From NCBI RefSeq assembly GCF_006345805.1, contig NW_021836833.1:1-37412 (forward strand): a stretch of 37,412 bases of DNA, given 5' to 3'. Positions 22,716 through 34,979 of this stretch are shown here, in pieces (positions within the stretch are counted from its first letter, which is position 1; each line of letters opens with the position of its first letter). The stretch is from Octopus sinensis (Eukaryota). Both the position numbers and the translations under genes were made by a program. Under the pieces are notes generated by a model, which had not been told where the DNA came from, did not search any database, and saw nothing but the letters and a program-made list of their open reading frames with translations.

Positions 22716-23016
22716 TCACTAGTTAGGGATGAATATTGAAAAAACTGAAACTATAAATTGTTGAATCATAGCTGTTGTCGTATATACACTTGTCATTTTA
22801 TGTTCTGAGTTCAAATCCTGTCATAGTCGACTTTATATATTTATTCTTATCAAGGTTGCTAAAGAGAGGCTAGCTGGTGGGATTGTTAGCGCGTCGAACA
22901 AAATGCTGAGTTCAAATTCGCCTTTCATCTTTTTGGGGTCGATAAAATAAGTTCTAGTTGAGTACTGAGGCCGATGTAGTCGACTCACCGACTCCACCAG
23001 AATTGCTGGCTTCGTA

Positions 23017-23375
23017 AGGCGGTGAGCTGGCAGAAACGATAGCACGCCGGGCGAAATGCTTAGCGGTATTTCGTCTGCCGCTACGTTCTGAGTTCAAATT
23101 CCGCCGAGGTCGACTTTGCCTTTCATCCTTTCGGGGTCGATAAATTAAGTACCAGTTACGCACTGGGGTCGATATAATCGACTTAATCCGTTTGTCTGTC
23201 CTTGTTTGTCCCCTCTGTGTGTAGCCCCTTGTGGGTAGTAAAGAAATAGGTATTTCGTCTGCCGCTCCATTCTGAGTTCAAATTCCGCCGAGGTCGACTT
23301 TGCCTTTCATCTTTTCGGGGTCGATAAATTAAGTACAACTTGCATACTGGGGTCGATCTAATCGACTGCCCCCCT
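23017..23375 (+). mobile_element. SINE family A partial dimer, low divergence
   Basis: Head at 23017, second unit restarting at gtatttcgtctgccg (23250). Confidence 0.92.
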
Positions 23376-24149
23376 ATAAAAGAAAACACTTGCCCTGGAA
23401 CTACATAAAAGAAAAGCAAACTTTCTAACCACACACCCACGTCTGTGCCTCTTGCACATTTTTACTACATTCATTGAAAACCAGTAATAGCTCGATTGTT
23501 TGTATATCATTCAAAAATGCCTCATAGTTTTTAATAATTATGTTTTCCCAATAGATAATTAGTTGATTTTTTTCTTTGTTTTTATCAATAGGATTTTTTA
23601 TGCTGTAATAATCTTTCTGGACTAGTCTATATTTATATGACATTTATACAAATGATTTTAGTAAAGTACAGTATTATTCTTTCACAAAATGTTTAGTAGC
23701 CGGATACATCCTGTTTCAGTGTTTTAAGCCATTAGCTTGACTAATTAAAATAACTTATAATAGCTGTTGTTGATAAGAGTACTTCTCGTTATTTTTCCTC
23801 CTATATACTTCCTGGTTGAGGACATTTCGGTGAAATTACAATCTAAGTATACAAGCCAATACCATGGGTAAATTTCCTGGGGTACCTCCTGCTGTTGCGA
23901 GCTAACGTATTTGGTTCGATGAATAAAAAAACAGCTTTTTTCATTTTAACTAATTTAAATTATTCCCTTAATGAAGAAAAGAATCTTTAGCGCTAATGAC
24001 AATTCATGTCGAGCGAGAAGGGATATTTTATTTGTTCTGATTATTTACTATTCCATACAAATCTAAAATATTCTTACAAAAATAGATAGATAGATAGATA
24101 GATAAAGAGACATACTACATGCATACATACATGCATACATACATACATA

Positions 24150-24241
<92 letters not shown>

Positions 24242-24696
24242 AGTTAGATTGAATCTTGCTTGCTTGCAATGTTACTCAGACAAACTGGCACATAATGGGA
24301 AAGTACAATGAATTAATTTGCCCCTGAAATGTAAATACGAACTAAATAAAATAAATTTCGCGTAAATCGGATAAGTGGTTGTGGAGATATTAGGGGTCTC
24401 TGGGGTATAAATACCCAAAACGGTGCATAATGGGAAAAGTCTCTGAAATTAACTTCATCCTGAAAGGGAAGTAACACTTACTTTTCTATTAGACACTGAC
24501 TTAAGAACGAAAAAAAAACGAATGTTCCTATTTTCGCTTTTGTTAGACTTAATAATTTTGTTAGACTTTAATCATTTAGAAATACTTTTAATTGAATGTG
24601 ATTTCAAAAATAAAAGTTTGTACAATAAGTATTTATATTTTAGCTTTCTTTAATGCTTTTTAAAATCATTTTCAAGTGAATACCATTACTCTTATA

Positions 24697-25078
24697 GTTG
24701 TTTCAGTCATTTGACTGCGGCCATGCTGGAGCACCGCCTTTAGTCGAGCAAATCGACCCCAGGACTTATTATTAGTAAGCCTAGTACTTATTCTATCGGT
24801 CTCTTTTGCCGAACCGCTAATTTACGGGGACGTAAACACACCACCATCAGTTGTCAATCGATGTTGGGGGTACAAACACAGGCACACAAACACACACGCA
24901 CACACACACACATACATATATATATATATGTATACAACGGGCATCTTTCCGTTTCCGTCTACTAAATCAACTCACAAGGCCCGAGGCTCTAGTAGAAGAC
25001 TTTTGCCCAAGGTGCCACGCAGTGGGACTGAGCTTGGAACCATATGGCTGGTAAGCAAGCTACTTACCACACAGCCAC
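24697..25078 (-). mobile_element. SINE family B
   Basis: Consensus match. Confidence 0.88.
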
Positions 25079-25632
25079 TATCAAAATTACTAATTTTTTT
25101 CATATTTAAAAAATATTTTAAAGTGAAAATGACATTAAAATACGATAAATATTTCGTAAAAGACCTGTTCGTAACCTCGGTGAAATATTTTTTTACATAG
25201 GATTTTTTTGAGTGCATTCAACGTATCTCACCTCCAAAGATTTGGATGCTATTTCTAGCACGCCCTGCTACCACGTAACAGCTATTTGCGATAAATATTA
25301 TATTATATTATATTAAGGGCATAACTATACATAAATGCCTAACGCTAGGAGGGACTCTTAAAGTCAAAACTACCATAATAAACACATTGTACCGAACGCG
25401 AGGAAATGCAACTCTCGAAGCGAGCCTTTTAAAAACAGATTCAGCTGCAGATCATATGATTTCATAATTAATGCACAAAATGCACTTTTTAATCGTCAGT
25501 GCAAGCATAATCAAGATACATAAAAATGAACAAAAAATCAACATACCAGACGAATTAATAAATTTTTCCTTTATGAGGTTTTTCACGTTAACTACTTGAT
25601 AAATTCTTATAAAGATTTTATCCTATTTTAAA

Positions 25633-25674
<42 letters not shown>

Positions 25675-25676
<2 letters not shown>

Positions 25677-25997
25677 GCGTGGCTGTGTAGTAAGAAGCTT
25701 ACTCCCCAACCACATGGTTCCGGGTTCAGTTCCTCCGCGTGGCACCTTGGACAAGTATCTTCTATACAGAAACTGAAAGAAGCCTGTCGTATATGTATAT
25801 ATTTGCGTGTTTCTGTCTATGTTTGTCTCCCGCCACCATCGCCTAACAACCGATGTTGGTGTGTTTACGTCCCCGTAATAGACGGATAGAGTAAGTAGCA
25901 GGCTTACAAAGAATAAGTCCAGGGGTCAATGTCTTCGCCTAAAAGGCGTTGCTCCAGCATGGCCACATTCAAATGACAGAAACAAGTAAATGAATAA
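25675..25997 (+). mobile_element. SINE family B with internal deletions
   Basis: Consensus match. Confidence 0.85.
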
Positions 25998-26604
25998 ATA
26001 TATATATGACGAGCTTCCACACAGATTCCATCGACTAAGTTCATGCAGAGGGTATTAGTCGACCCAATGCAATAGGAAAAAGCACTTAACCAAGTAGCTA
26101 CGCTTTGAGACTGAATCCAAAATCACGTGATTACAACGTGAACATCTTAACCACACAGCCATGCTTGTTCCTATATGTTTTAACCACACAACTATTATAA
26201 ATATTGCTTATTTCCGCAGTAAAAAGTTTTCGGCATCTCAGAATTGAAAAACGGGAGTAGTTCGGGTATTTCCGGATAATTTCCGTTCAAACGTCGAGTG
26301 GTTAGCGTTTTCAATGTGTCCGCAAAAGAGGTGTAGGGTAATAGATGGAAGCAAGAAAGTGAAATAGAACGCAACGAGAAAAAATGGCCGAGAGAGAGAG
26401 AGAGAGATTTCGTTCCCTCTCTGCTACTCCGTATTTAGCTACTTGCTTGATTTAAGCTCTAGTTCACTCCGACTCTTTTCTATCGTCATAATGAAAGATC
26501 AATTTTGTAAGTAGTAAGACGTCTTCAAGCTGTGTCTATACTATATATATATATATAATATATATATATATATACTAATACATACATATAGATGTATATA
26601 TGTG

Positions 26605-26647
<43 letters not shown>

Positions 26648-26649
<2 letters not shown>

Positions 26650-26953
26650 TCGTGACCGACCAGGCTATCAGATGTTGCTACACATCGCTGGTCACAATGC
26701 ACTTCGCATTGTTTTAGCCTTCAAATGACGCCACCCTACTGGCTAAGCAAGCAGGCCAGCAGAAGAGAGACTAAGAGAATGTTGTGGTGGAAGAGTACAG
26801 CAGGTTTCGCCACCCACCCCACCCCCCTGCCGGAGCCTCGTGGAGCTTTAGGTATTTTCGCTCAATAAACACCCACAACGCCCAGTCTGGGAATCGAAAC
26901 CGCGATCCTACAACCGCGAGTCCGCTGCCCTAACCACTGGGCCATTGCGCCTC
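26648..26953 (-). mobile_element. SINE family D, full length
   Basis: ggcgcaatggcccagtggttagggcagcggactcgcgg...gtttcgattccc tRNA-like head. Confidence 0.88.
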
Positions 26954-26970
26954 ACACACGCGCGCACACA

Positions 26971-27033
<63 letters not shown>

Positions 27034-27059
27034 CATAGAGAGGGAGAGTGAGAGGTCAC

Positions 27060-27345
27060 AAAAGTGACGGAGGGTGCTGGGTCAGCACCGATTATGCTAA
27101 AATAAGAGTTGAATTAACTCTAAAGCCACTGTAGCCTACACAAGTGACTGTAGACCCCTTTTCTATGTAGCGTTCCAGAATAAGCCATTTTGCGTCCCAA
27201 AAAACGGTTAGCATCAATTTTTCTGCCGAAGGTTGAGTCTTGAATTCCTTTTTCGCTGATGATTCCGGTGTTTCTACTTCACTCTGCCTTTTGAACTCTG
27301 GCTCAAAGTTATGGATGCAGGTCTCATCTCTTTTGACCATTTTCT
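27060..27345 (-). pseudogene. Mariner transposase catalytic-domain fragment
   Basis: RDETCIHNFEPEFKRQS..KKEFKTQPSAEKLMLTVFWDAK resembles mariner TGDETWxHxYxPExKxQS..KxMxTVFWD. Confidence 0.88.
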
Positions 27346-27346
27346 C

Positions 27347-27649
27347 CTTTGCCTTTCATCCTTTCAGGGTCGATTATATAAGTACCAGTCACGCATTGGG
27401 GTCGATATTATTGACTTAATCCGTTTGTCTGTCCTTGTTTGTCCTCTCTGTGTGTAGCCCCTTGTGGGTAGTAAAGAAATAGGTATTTCGTCTGTCTTTA
27501 CCTTATGAGTTTAAATTCCACCGAGATCGACTTTGCCTTCCATCCTCTCAGGGGTCGATAAATTAAATAACAGTTGCGTACTGGGGTCGATCTAATCGAC
27601 TGGCCTCCTCCCCCAAAATTTCGGGCTTTGTGCCTAATGTAGAAAAGAT

Positions 27650-27650
<1 letters not shown>
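27347..27650 (+). mobile_element. SINE family A partial dimer, 5'-truncated
   Basis: Two gcctt.catcct.tcaggg domains. Confidence 0.85.
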
Positions 27651-27714
<64 letters not shown>

Positions 27715-27849
27715 CCTTAAAGAACAGACATTTTGGCGCCTTAGAACTTAGGCCTATCCATGTGTATACTTGGGACACTGATTCCAAAAGTGACATAAAT
27801 TTTGCCCTATCAAATATAATTAATTAAGCGTTTGTTACTTTAATATAGA

Positions 27850-28255
27850 ACCAAATTAATCCTGTAATATATTATATGCTGTTAAAACAACCGCATATCA
27901 TTAAATCAGTTAATTTCGGTCCGAAAACTAAGAATCTATACTAGATGTATCTAAAAAAATACGAAAATATATAAGAAATAAAAAAAATAAACATTAAATG
28001 ATCAGCCATCCAACACATAAACGATTTCTTTTTAATAGACTTTGTGGTGTGAAATTTCCCTGGAGAGGACTCCTGAAAGTTCCAGCAGTAATTTGCCATT
28101 ATGTGTATAGTCCACTTTTCTTCGTACGTCTCTTTTGTCATTTTTATATTCTGAGGAAATATCTCTCCTTCATCATCGCTTAAATCAGCTTCGCTGGAAA
28201 GCTATCAAAATGGTTATGGAGGTAATGCACCTTAGTGCTTAGGTTATATACTTTG
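27850..28255 (-). pseudogene. Chapaev-type (CMC superfamily) transposase C-terminal fragment
   Basis: LSTKVHYLHNHFDSFPAKL/DLSDDEGEIFPQNIK..YEEKWTIHIMANYCW resembles the SxKxHFLHSHLDxFPxNLGxVSxEQGERFHQDI..MADYCW motif. Confidence 0.75.
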
Positions 28256-28647
28256 CTAGCAGTATCGCCCGGCGTTGCTCGGGTTTGTTTCGACCCTTTA
28301 GAATTGGAATTTTTGAAAAGTAAAAATTTTGCATTATATAGCTTGTTATTCTCTTTAAGTGCACATTTTTCTGGTTGAAATACACCGAAAAATGGCGACA
28401 CAGCAGTCAAAAAATCGTAAAAAATAGAGATTTTCATAGAAAAAAAGCACCATTTTGATGTAAATAATTTTTGGTGTTAACATGGTCCAATTTGAATTTT
28501 TTCTTCTACGGAAAGAAGAGCAACCCTTCTTCTATCATACTCTCTATTTTGGTCAAATTGCGCCGCAGGATCTCAGAGGAGATAGTGTTAGTTGAAGGCT
28601 ACCAAACCTGCCATACACAGACAACTTCAGCTTTATATAGAGAGAGA
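28256..28647 (-). mobile_element. Non-autonomous Helitron
   Basis: Minus strand starts A|TC and ends with hairpin CCCGAGCAACGCCGGG 8 nt before CTAG. Confidence 0.75.
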
Positions 28648-28653
28648 TTGTGA

Positions 28654-28930
28654 AGACGCGTGGGTTAGTGGTTAGGGCATTCTGCTCATGATTGTAAAGT
28701 CGTGAGTTCGATTCCCGGCGACGCGTTGTGTCCTTGAGCAAGACACTTTATTTTAGGTTGTTCCAGTCCACTCAGCTGGCAAAAATGAGCTGTACCTGTA
28801 TTTCAAAGGGCCAGCCTTGTCACACTGAATCTCCCTGAGACCTACGTTAGGGGTACGCGTGTCTGTGGATTGCTCAGTCACTCGCCCGTTAATTTCACGA
28901 GCAGGCTGTTCCGTTGATCGTATCAACTGG
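28654..28930 (+). mobile_element. SINE, family C head with the tail of 22570-22715
   Basis: gttcgattccc B-box, gtgtccttgagcaagacact, then cctgtatttcaaagggccagcc tail. Confidence 0.85.
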
Positions 28931-28934
28931 GAAG

Positions 28935-29230
28935 CCGTATTTATACGTCCTAACTTTTTCAAAATCTACTGCGCAGCCGCAATCCTTCGCCGGCAATAAA
29001 AAAAATATACACTATATCGTATGACTAATATATAGTCTTTTGGACTAAATTTTTACGTTAGACAACTGGAAATGTAAATTTTAATTAATTTCCATTTCCC
29101 TTTCATATGATTAAGTATTGTAAGTTTTTGGATAATTTTCGGTTTTAAAAGTTGGCATGTTTTTTATTGCCGGCGACGGACTGCGGCTGCGCAGTAGATT
29201 TTGAAAAAGTTAAGACCTATAAATACAGGG
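28935..29230. mobile_element. MITE with ~70-bp terminal inverted repeats
   Basis: gtatttatacgtcctaactttttcaaaatctactgcgcagccgc..cgccggcaataaaaaa is mirrored at 29159-29230. Confidence 0.88.
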
Positions 29231-29275
29231 CAAGTAGTTTGATCGCCCCGTGTGTATACGTTTAACCCTAGGTGG

Positions 29276-29349
29276 TCCTGCTGAAGAAGATTACACTTGG
29301 CGGGTTCCTTTACTCGCTAAACTAAAATCAGAAACTAATTGGTCCAGGA
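29276..29349 (+). ncRNA. Type I hammerhead ribozyme with extended stem II
   Basis: UCCUG-CUGAAGA-a-GAUU..[UUGGCGGGU uccuuu ACUCGCUAA]..AAUC-a-GAAA-CU-aauu-GG-UC-CAGGA. Confidence 0.75.
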
Positions 29350-29502
29350 AACTAGATGGTACAATGTTTTTATTTTTCATTTCGTTCCTGTCGAGTTTTA
29401 TCCACAAATTTTTGTGGTTATAGAACGTAGCTGTTCTTTCTAGCGTATTGAATTCCTACGAGTGGATTCCACATGTGCTTAAATATACACTATATCGTAT
29501 GA

Positions 29503-29537
<35 letters not shown>

Positions 29538-29539
<2 letters not shown>

Positions 29540-29697
29540 GAGGGACTTATTTCAGTTTCCGTCTACCAAATTCACTCACAAGGCTTTGGTTGGCGCGAGG
29601 CTATAGTAGAAGACACTCGCACAAGGTGCCACGCAGTGAGACTAAACTCAGAACAATGTGGTTAGGAAGCAAGCTTCTTACTACACAGCCACGCCTG
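29538..29697 (-). mobile_element. SINE family B, 5' half
   Basis: Consensus match. Confidence 0.85.
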
Positions 29698-29774
29698 AGC
29701 CTATGTATGTATGTATGTATGTATGTATGTATGTATGTATGTATGTATGTATGTATATATGTGTGGGTGTATTC

Positions 29775-29999
29775 GACTCAGAACGTAACGGCAGACGAAA
29801 TATCTATTTCTTTACTACCCACAAGGGGCTAAACACAGAGAGAACAAACAAAGGAATTAAGTCGATTATATCGACCCCAGTGCATAATTGGTACTTATTT
29901 AATTGACCCCGAAAGGATGAAAGGCAAAGTCGACTTCGGCGGAATTTGAACTCGCTAAGTATTTCGCCCGGCGTGCTAACGTTTCTGTCACGCCGCCTT
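29775..29999 (-). mobile_element. SINE family A
   Basis: Consensus match with deletions. Confidence 0.85.
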
Positions 30000-30100
30000 T
30001 TTTAGATTTTAACTTCTATGTTACTGAGTGAGCCCCGTGTTCCTGCTCGGCGTGCTGGTATGTATACATACATATATGTCTGTGTGTGTATGTATGTATG

Positions 30101-30171
<71 letters not shown>

Positions 30172-30554
30172 TATCTTCACTGGAATGTTGCTGAAGAAGC
30201 TTAGAACAAAGAATAGCAGGAAAAGTCTTGAAGTGGCTAAAGTAGCTCATGATTGGATGGTTTGACATATAAAAGTTTATCAACGTTAAAGTATGTAACG
30301 CCTCAGGGACAATTGTTACCGGCCGCATTCCACCAGCGACTGTCATCGCAATTTCCTTCTCTTATAATGAAAGACTAACCAGAGAGGCAAAAATTTTCTC
30401 TAGATGGAATGACAATTTCTTTGGTAATAATGGTTCCAAATTTTGGCACACGCCCAGCAGTTTGGGCGAAGAGAATGAGTCGATTACATCGACCTCTGTG
30501 CATGACCACTACTTATTTTATCGATTCCGAAAGGATGAAAGATAATGGTGTAAT

Positions 30555-31001
30555 AGATGGGCTACAGCAAATATTCTGCTCAGTACCACAGACCTTAACC
30601 AATTGAGCATGTCCCTTGGTGGCTGACGATATGTGTATCTCTGATCACGAGCAGAAGTAGTAGGGGAGCATCATAGCCCTGTGTTGAGAGGAAATCTTTG
30701 GGGTTTGAATAATTCCCCACTGGAAACATGGGTGTTTCGTTCAACGTCCTCAGGTCGCCCTTATTCAGGGACCTTTTGAGCGGGATGAGCTATTCGACCA
30801 GAAGAAAATTCTTACTGGGCCCTATCTGCAAGGTCATGCGCTGTTTATCTTGATATGAGATGACCATGTTGCGCACATATGTTTGTGATGCATGTGCCTG
30901 GTGTACCCTTATCAGACGGGTAGTCATGATGGATATACTGGGCTTCGTATATTTGTACCCTTGTGTCACTTTGATGGCATGCACCGCCCGCTCACTCACT
31001 C
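30555..31001 (+). mobile_element. (TAA)n-tailed non-coding retroelement, 5'-truncated
   Basis: Homologous to 12215-12752; followed by (AAT)n. Confidence 0.8.
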
Positions 31002-31054
31002 AATAATAATATAATAATAATAATAGCAATAATAATAATAATAATAATAATAAT

Positions 31055-31260
31055 TAATCCTTTCTGCGAAAGGCACAATGCCCGAAATTTTTTCTTTAAT
31101 TGGTGGTTCGGAGACTGGTCGATTACGTCCACTCCAGTGTTTCACCGGTACTTAATTCATCGACCCTAAAACGATGAAAGGTAAAGTCAACCTCGGCGGA
31201 ATTTGAACTCAGAACGTGTATAGACAGACGAAGTGCCGTTAAGCAATTCGTCCCGGGCGC
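31055..31260 (-). mobile_element. Degenerate SINE family A
   Basis: gatgaaaggtaaagtcaacctcggcggaatttgaactcagaacg. Confidence 0.75.
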
Positions 31261-31345
31261 GCTATAGCATACGTTTCTTTATTAGCCACTACAGGTTTAC
31301 AAATAGATGGAAGGACGTTACAGGATGACGCAATGATAATGTCAA

Positions 31346-31377
<32 letters not shown>

Positions 31378-31659
31378 CTAGTGGTGGTGGTGCACAGATT
31401 GATTACGGAAGAGCATTCCAATGCAAATCAACAATTGGTCACTTGAGACATTGTCCAAAAACAACCGCAACAAAAACAGTTCTATTATTGCATCATATTT
31501 CCGCCATCATGAAAAGAAAATGAAGACAAAGAACTTCTCTATCTTTATTAATAGACTTTTTCGGGAATAAAATCCAATTCAGATGTTAACCAATCTACGG
31601 AACCAAACTGCACATGGATGCAAAGAATACTGTATTTCGCATCTTTTCCCTTTGTCTGT

Positions 31660-31880
31660 TATCTTTTACTTGTTTCAGGCTTTGGACTGCGGCCATGCCG
31701 GAGCACTGTCTTGAAGGATTTTTTGTTGAACGAACCACCCCGGTACTTACGTCGCTTTTTTTCCCGTTAACATCTGGTACTTATTTTCGTCGGTGTCTTT
31801 TGCAAAACCGCTAATGAGCAGGGACGTAAACCAACTAACACCAGTTGTCAATCGGGGAGGGCAGAAACACAAAACATACA
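31660..31880 (-). mobile_element. SINE family B, 3' half
   Basis: cttttacttgtttcag..gactgcggccatg. Confidence 0.75.
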
Positions 31881-32248
31881 CACACAAACATACGCTCACA
31901 CACACACACACGCGCGCGCACATGCACACATACATACATACATACATACATGCACGTATATGTGCATACATCTATGCATGCATACACACGCGCGCATACA
32001 TACATAATACATACATAAATACATGCATGCGTGCATGCACACATACATATATACATACATGCATACATATATACATACATGCATACATACATACATACAT
32101 ACATACATACATACAACATACATACATACATACATACATACATAAAATGACGGCTATGACAATTACATCGACCACCCTCTGCTCCCACTAATCAACTGGT
32201 AATTATTTTATCGACCACGAAAGGGTGAAAGGCAAAATCAACCACACA

Positions 32249-32430
32249 GGAATGGAATGTCCAGTAGAGCTTCCACAGAAAGTTTGCCTCTTAGGAACAG
32301 GAAAGATTATCAGAAAAGTCTTGAGCACTTGACAGCTTCTTGAAATCATGTGAATATCTGAGGATACAGGGAGTAACTTACTACCCACATAAATTCTTCC
32401 AGGAATAACACCAATCCTAAGTCGACGAAA
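32249..32430 (+). mobile_element. 3' end of another R4/Dong-like LINE
   Basis: GMECPVELPQKVCLLGTGKIIRKVLST* has the same terminal QKxxLLGTxxIxR motif. Confidence 0.7.
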
Positions 32431-32715
32431 ATAGTAAAAGGAGGGAAATCAGTGAAGAACTTGAATGATGGTTAAAAATTAGTGAAGAGCACGTATGACA
32501 TCTTCATAGAGATTATTCAGCAGAAATATGAGTCACCATAAAAAATATGTGTCAACATATATCTATGTGAAGCATTAAATCCTCTTAACTAAAGGCCAAC
32601 AAGATGGCCGGCCTTACTGGTATCAAATTGATATCTGGGTTCAAAGAGAAATACAAGTAAAACAGATGACTTGGAAATCTGCATTGAGAATCATTACCCC
32701 AAACCATTTTTGGTT

Positions 32716-32940
32716 GAGCTGGCAGAGACGTTAGCACGCCGGGCGAAATGCGTAGCCGTATTTCGTCTCCCGTTACGTTCTGAGTTCAAATTCCGCCGAG
32801 GTCGACTTTGCCTTTCATCCTTTCGGGGTCGATTAAATAAGTACCAGTTACGTACTGGGTACGATATAATCGACTTAATCCGTTTGTCTGTCCTTGTTTG
32901 TCCTCTCTGTGTTTAGCTCCTTGTGGATAGTAAAGAAATA
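32716..32940 (+). mobile_element. SINE family A
   Basis: Consensus match. Confidence 0.9.
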
Positions 32941-33364
32941 AGTTATCAAAGATCGGATGGACATACATGACTGAATGCGTAGTTATATCCGTCGTGCAAC
33001 TATTTTCCTTTTTGTGGGGTTTTGTCTGTCGGATCAAACAAGTTACAGTGTTGGCTAGTGTGTCCGTGGATGCGCGCGTGTGTATGCGCAAAAAAATGAT
33101 ATTTCTGCCTTGTTGGGCTGGTGCATGGTACTGACAAAGTCCAGAGAGAAAGAAAGGTGCATCTAGCATTTTCATCGCCGCTGTTGGACGCTGTTTCGCC
33201 TGCTGATGATATTTTTGCGATTTTTAACACAGTACGTCCGTAAAAGATATTATCTCCGAACGAACAGCGTAGTAATTTTTCTTTTCTCAACGTATTTACA
33301 TCAAGTTTTATACACAAATGGCTAAACATACATACATACATACATACATACATACATACATACA

Positions 33365-33395
<31 letters not shown>

Positions 33396-33611
33396 GTGTG
33401 GGGAGAGGGAGAGTAAGGGAAGAGAGAGCGAGAGAGAAAGTAAGTATTTAATCAATTTCAGATTATGGTACAAGAACAACAATTTCGGGGACACCGAAAA
33501 GATAAAAGGCAAAATCAACCTCGATGGAGTTTGAACTCAGAACTCTGAACTCAGAACGATTCTGCCAGCTCACCGCTTTTAGTAAGTCTTTAATTAAAAG
33601 TCATAAGCGTA

Positions 33612-33760
33612 GAAGTGGCCGTGTGGTAAGTAGATTGCTTACGAACCACATGGTTTCGGGTTCAGTCCCACTGCGTGGCACCTTGGGCAAGTGTCTTGGC
33701 CGACCAATGCCTTGTGAGTGGATTTGGTAGGTGGAAACTGAAAGAAGCCCGTCGTATATT

Positions 33761-33791
<31 letters not shown>

Positions 33792-33993
33792 TTGTGTGTC
33801 TGTGTTTGTCCCCCCAACATCGCTTGACAACCGATGCTGGTGCGTTTACGTCCCCGCAACTTAGCGGTTCGGCAAAAGAGACCGATAGAATAAGTACTAG
33901 GCTTACAGAGAATAAGTCCAGGGGTCGATTTGCTCGACTAAAGGCGGTGCTCCAGCATGGCCACAGTCATATGACTGAAACAAATAAAAGAGT
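33612..33993 (+). mobile_element. SINE family B, full length
   Basis: Head, accttgggcaagtgtc body, internal (TG)n, gactgaaacaaataaaagag tail. Confidence 0.9.
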
Positions 33994-34047
33994 TATTCAA
34001 ATAATTCTTTGTAACAGGTAGATAACACAGGCGTGATGAAATAGTGA

Positions 34048-34215
34048 TTTTAACGCTGCGCGCTTAAGCGAAAGAAAGGTATTGTAATCCCTCGTTTTTG
34101 TTTGTCTGTGTGTTTGCGAAATTACTGGAAAACGGCTGAACGGATTTTCACCAAATCTGGCAGAAATACTCATTGGGTGAGTGGTTCGAAATGGTGAAAA
34201 TTTGGTTTGATTATC
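34048..34215 (+). mobile_element. Helentron-associated (HINE/DINE-like) fragment
   Basis: aggtattgtaat...gtttgtctgtgtgtttg..aaaacggctgaacggattttcaccaaa layout. Confidence 0.45.
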
Positions 34216-34243
34216 TTTAAACATACATAAATACATACATATG

Positions 34244-34503
34244 TTTTTTTTATTAGCCACACAGGGCTGCACACAGACGGGACAGATTACAAAGTAGAGC
34301 TTTTCTTTTTAGGGAGGAAAAAAAGTGGGGTAGGTTTTCGATCAAAAGGGATCGTACAAAAGAAAGAAAAAATGTTTTAAGGGATCGTGTTTCACAGAAA
34401 TGTCATGATGTAAAGTGTAAAGGGGCAAGCAGATAAGGTTTATCCGTGGAAAGAAAAGCCTACGGAAAAGACCACCGTAACCTCGGTCAATAATGTCACA
34501 TGT
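34244..34503 (-). mobile_element. LINE-like 3'UTR with poly(A), tail similar to SINE A
   Basis: Minus strand ends tgtcccgtctgtgtgcagccctgtgtggctaataaaaaaaa. Confidence 0.55.
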
Positions 34504-34912
34504 TAATACATTTGTTTGCAGCGACTCTGTGTGTGTGCGCGCGTACCTGAATTCGAAGGTTTCGTTTATTTACGAGTTGATTTTTTAAAGTCCATTAGAG
34601 TATAAATACTTAGTGGTGACACTAAAAACACAAAAAAATGTTTTTAAATCGAACTTACAAATTTCCCTATAAGCAAGTAATCATATTATTTATATCCTAC
34701 AACGAACTACAGTACGTTTGATTTACCTACCATCATTGAAAGACGCTGTTATACAATGTTTCCTATAAATATTTCATATTGTTTACTTTCTTTTTCATAT
34801 GAATCGACCCTCGTCTGCGTGTGTATAGATCATGGTGCACCTGTGCGCGTAGACATAAATATATACATAAATACATACATTGATATGCGACTCTACATAA
34901 TTAATAATATCC

Positions 34913-34979
34913 CTGCTGAAGAAGACTTCGCCTGGTAAATTATTTTATTTACTAAAATAAGTCAGAAACCATGGTCCAG
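34913..34979 (+). ncRNA. Type I hammerhead ribozyme with extended stem II (paralogue of 29276)
   Basis: CUG-CUGAAGA-a-GACUU-cgcc-[UGGUAAAU uauuuu AUUUACUA]-aaau-AAGUC-a-GAAA-CCAUGG-UC-CAG; downstream ~130 bp is homologous to 29350-29490. Confidence 0.75.

Noticed and set aside
30780-30815. Minus-strand CUGAGGA...GAAAC hammerhead-like motif
   Set aside because: Stem II cannot close, there is no stem I, and the paralogue at ~12460 lacks CUGA
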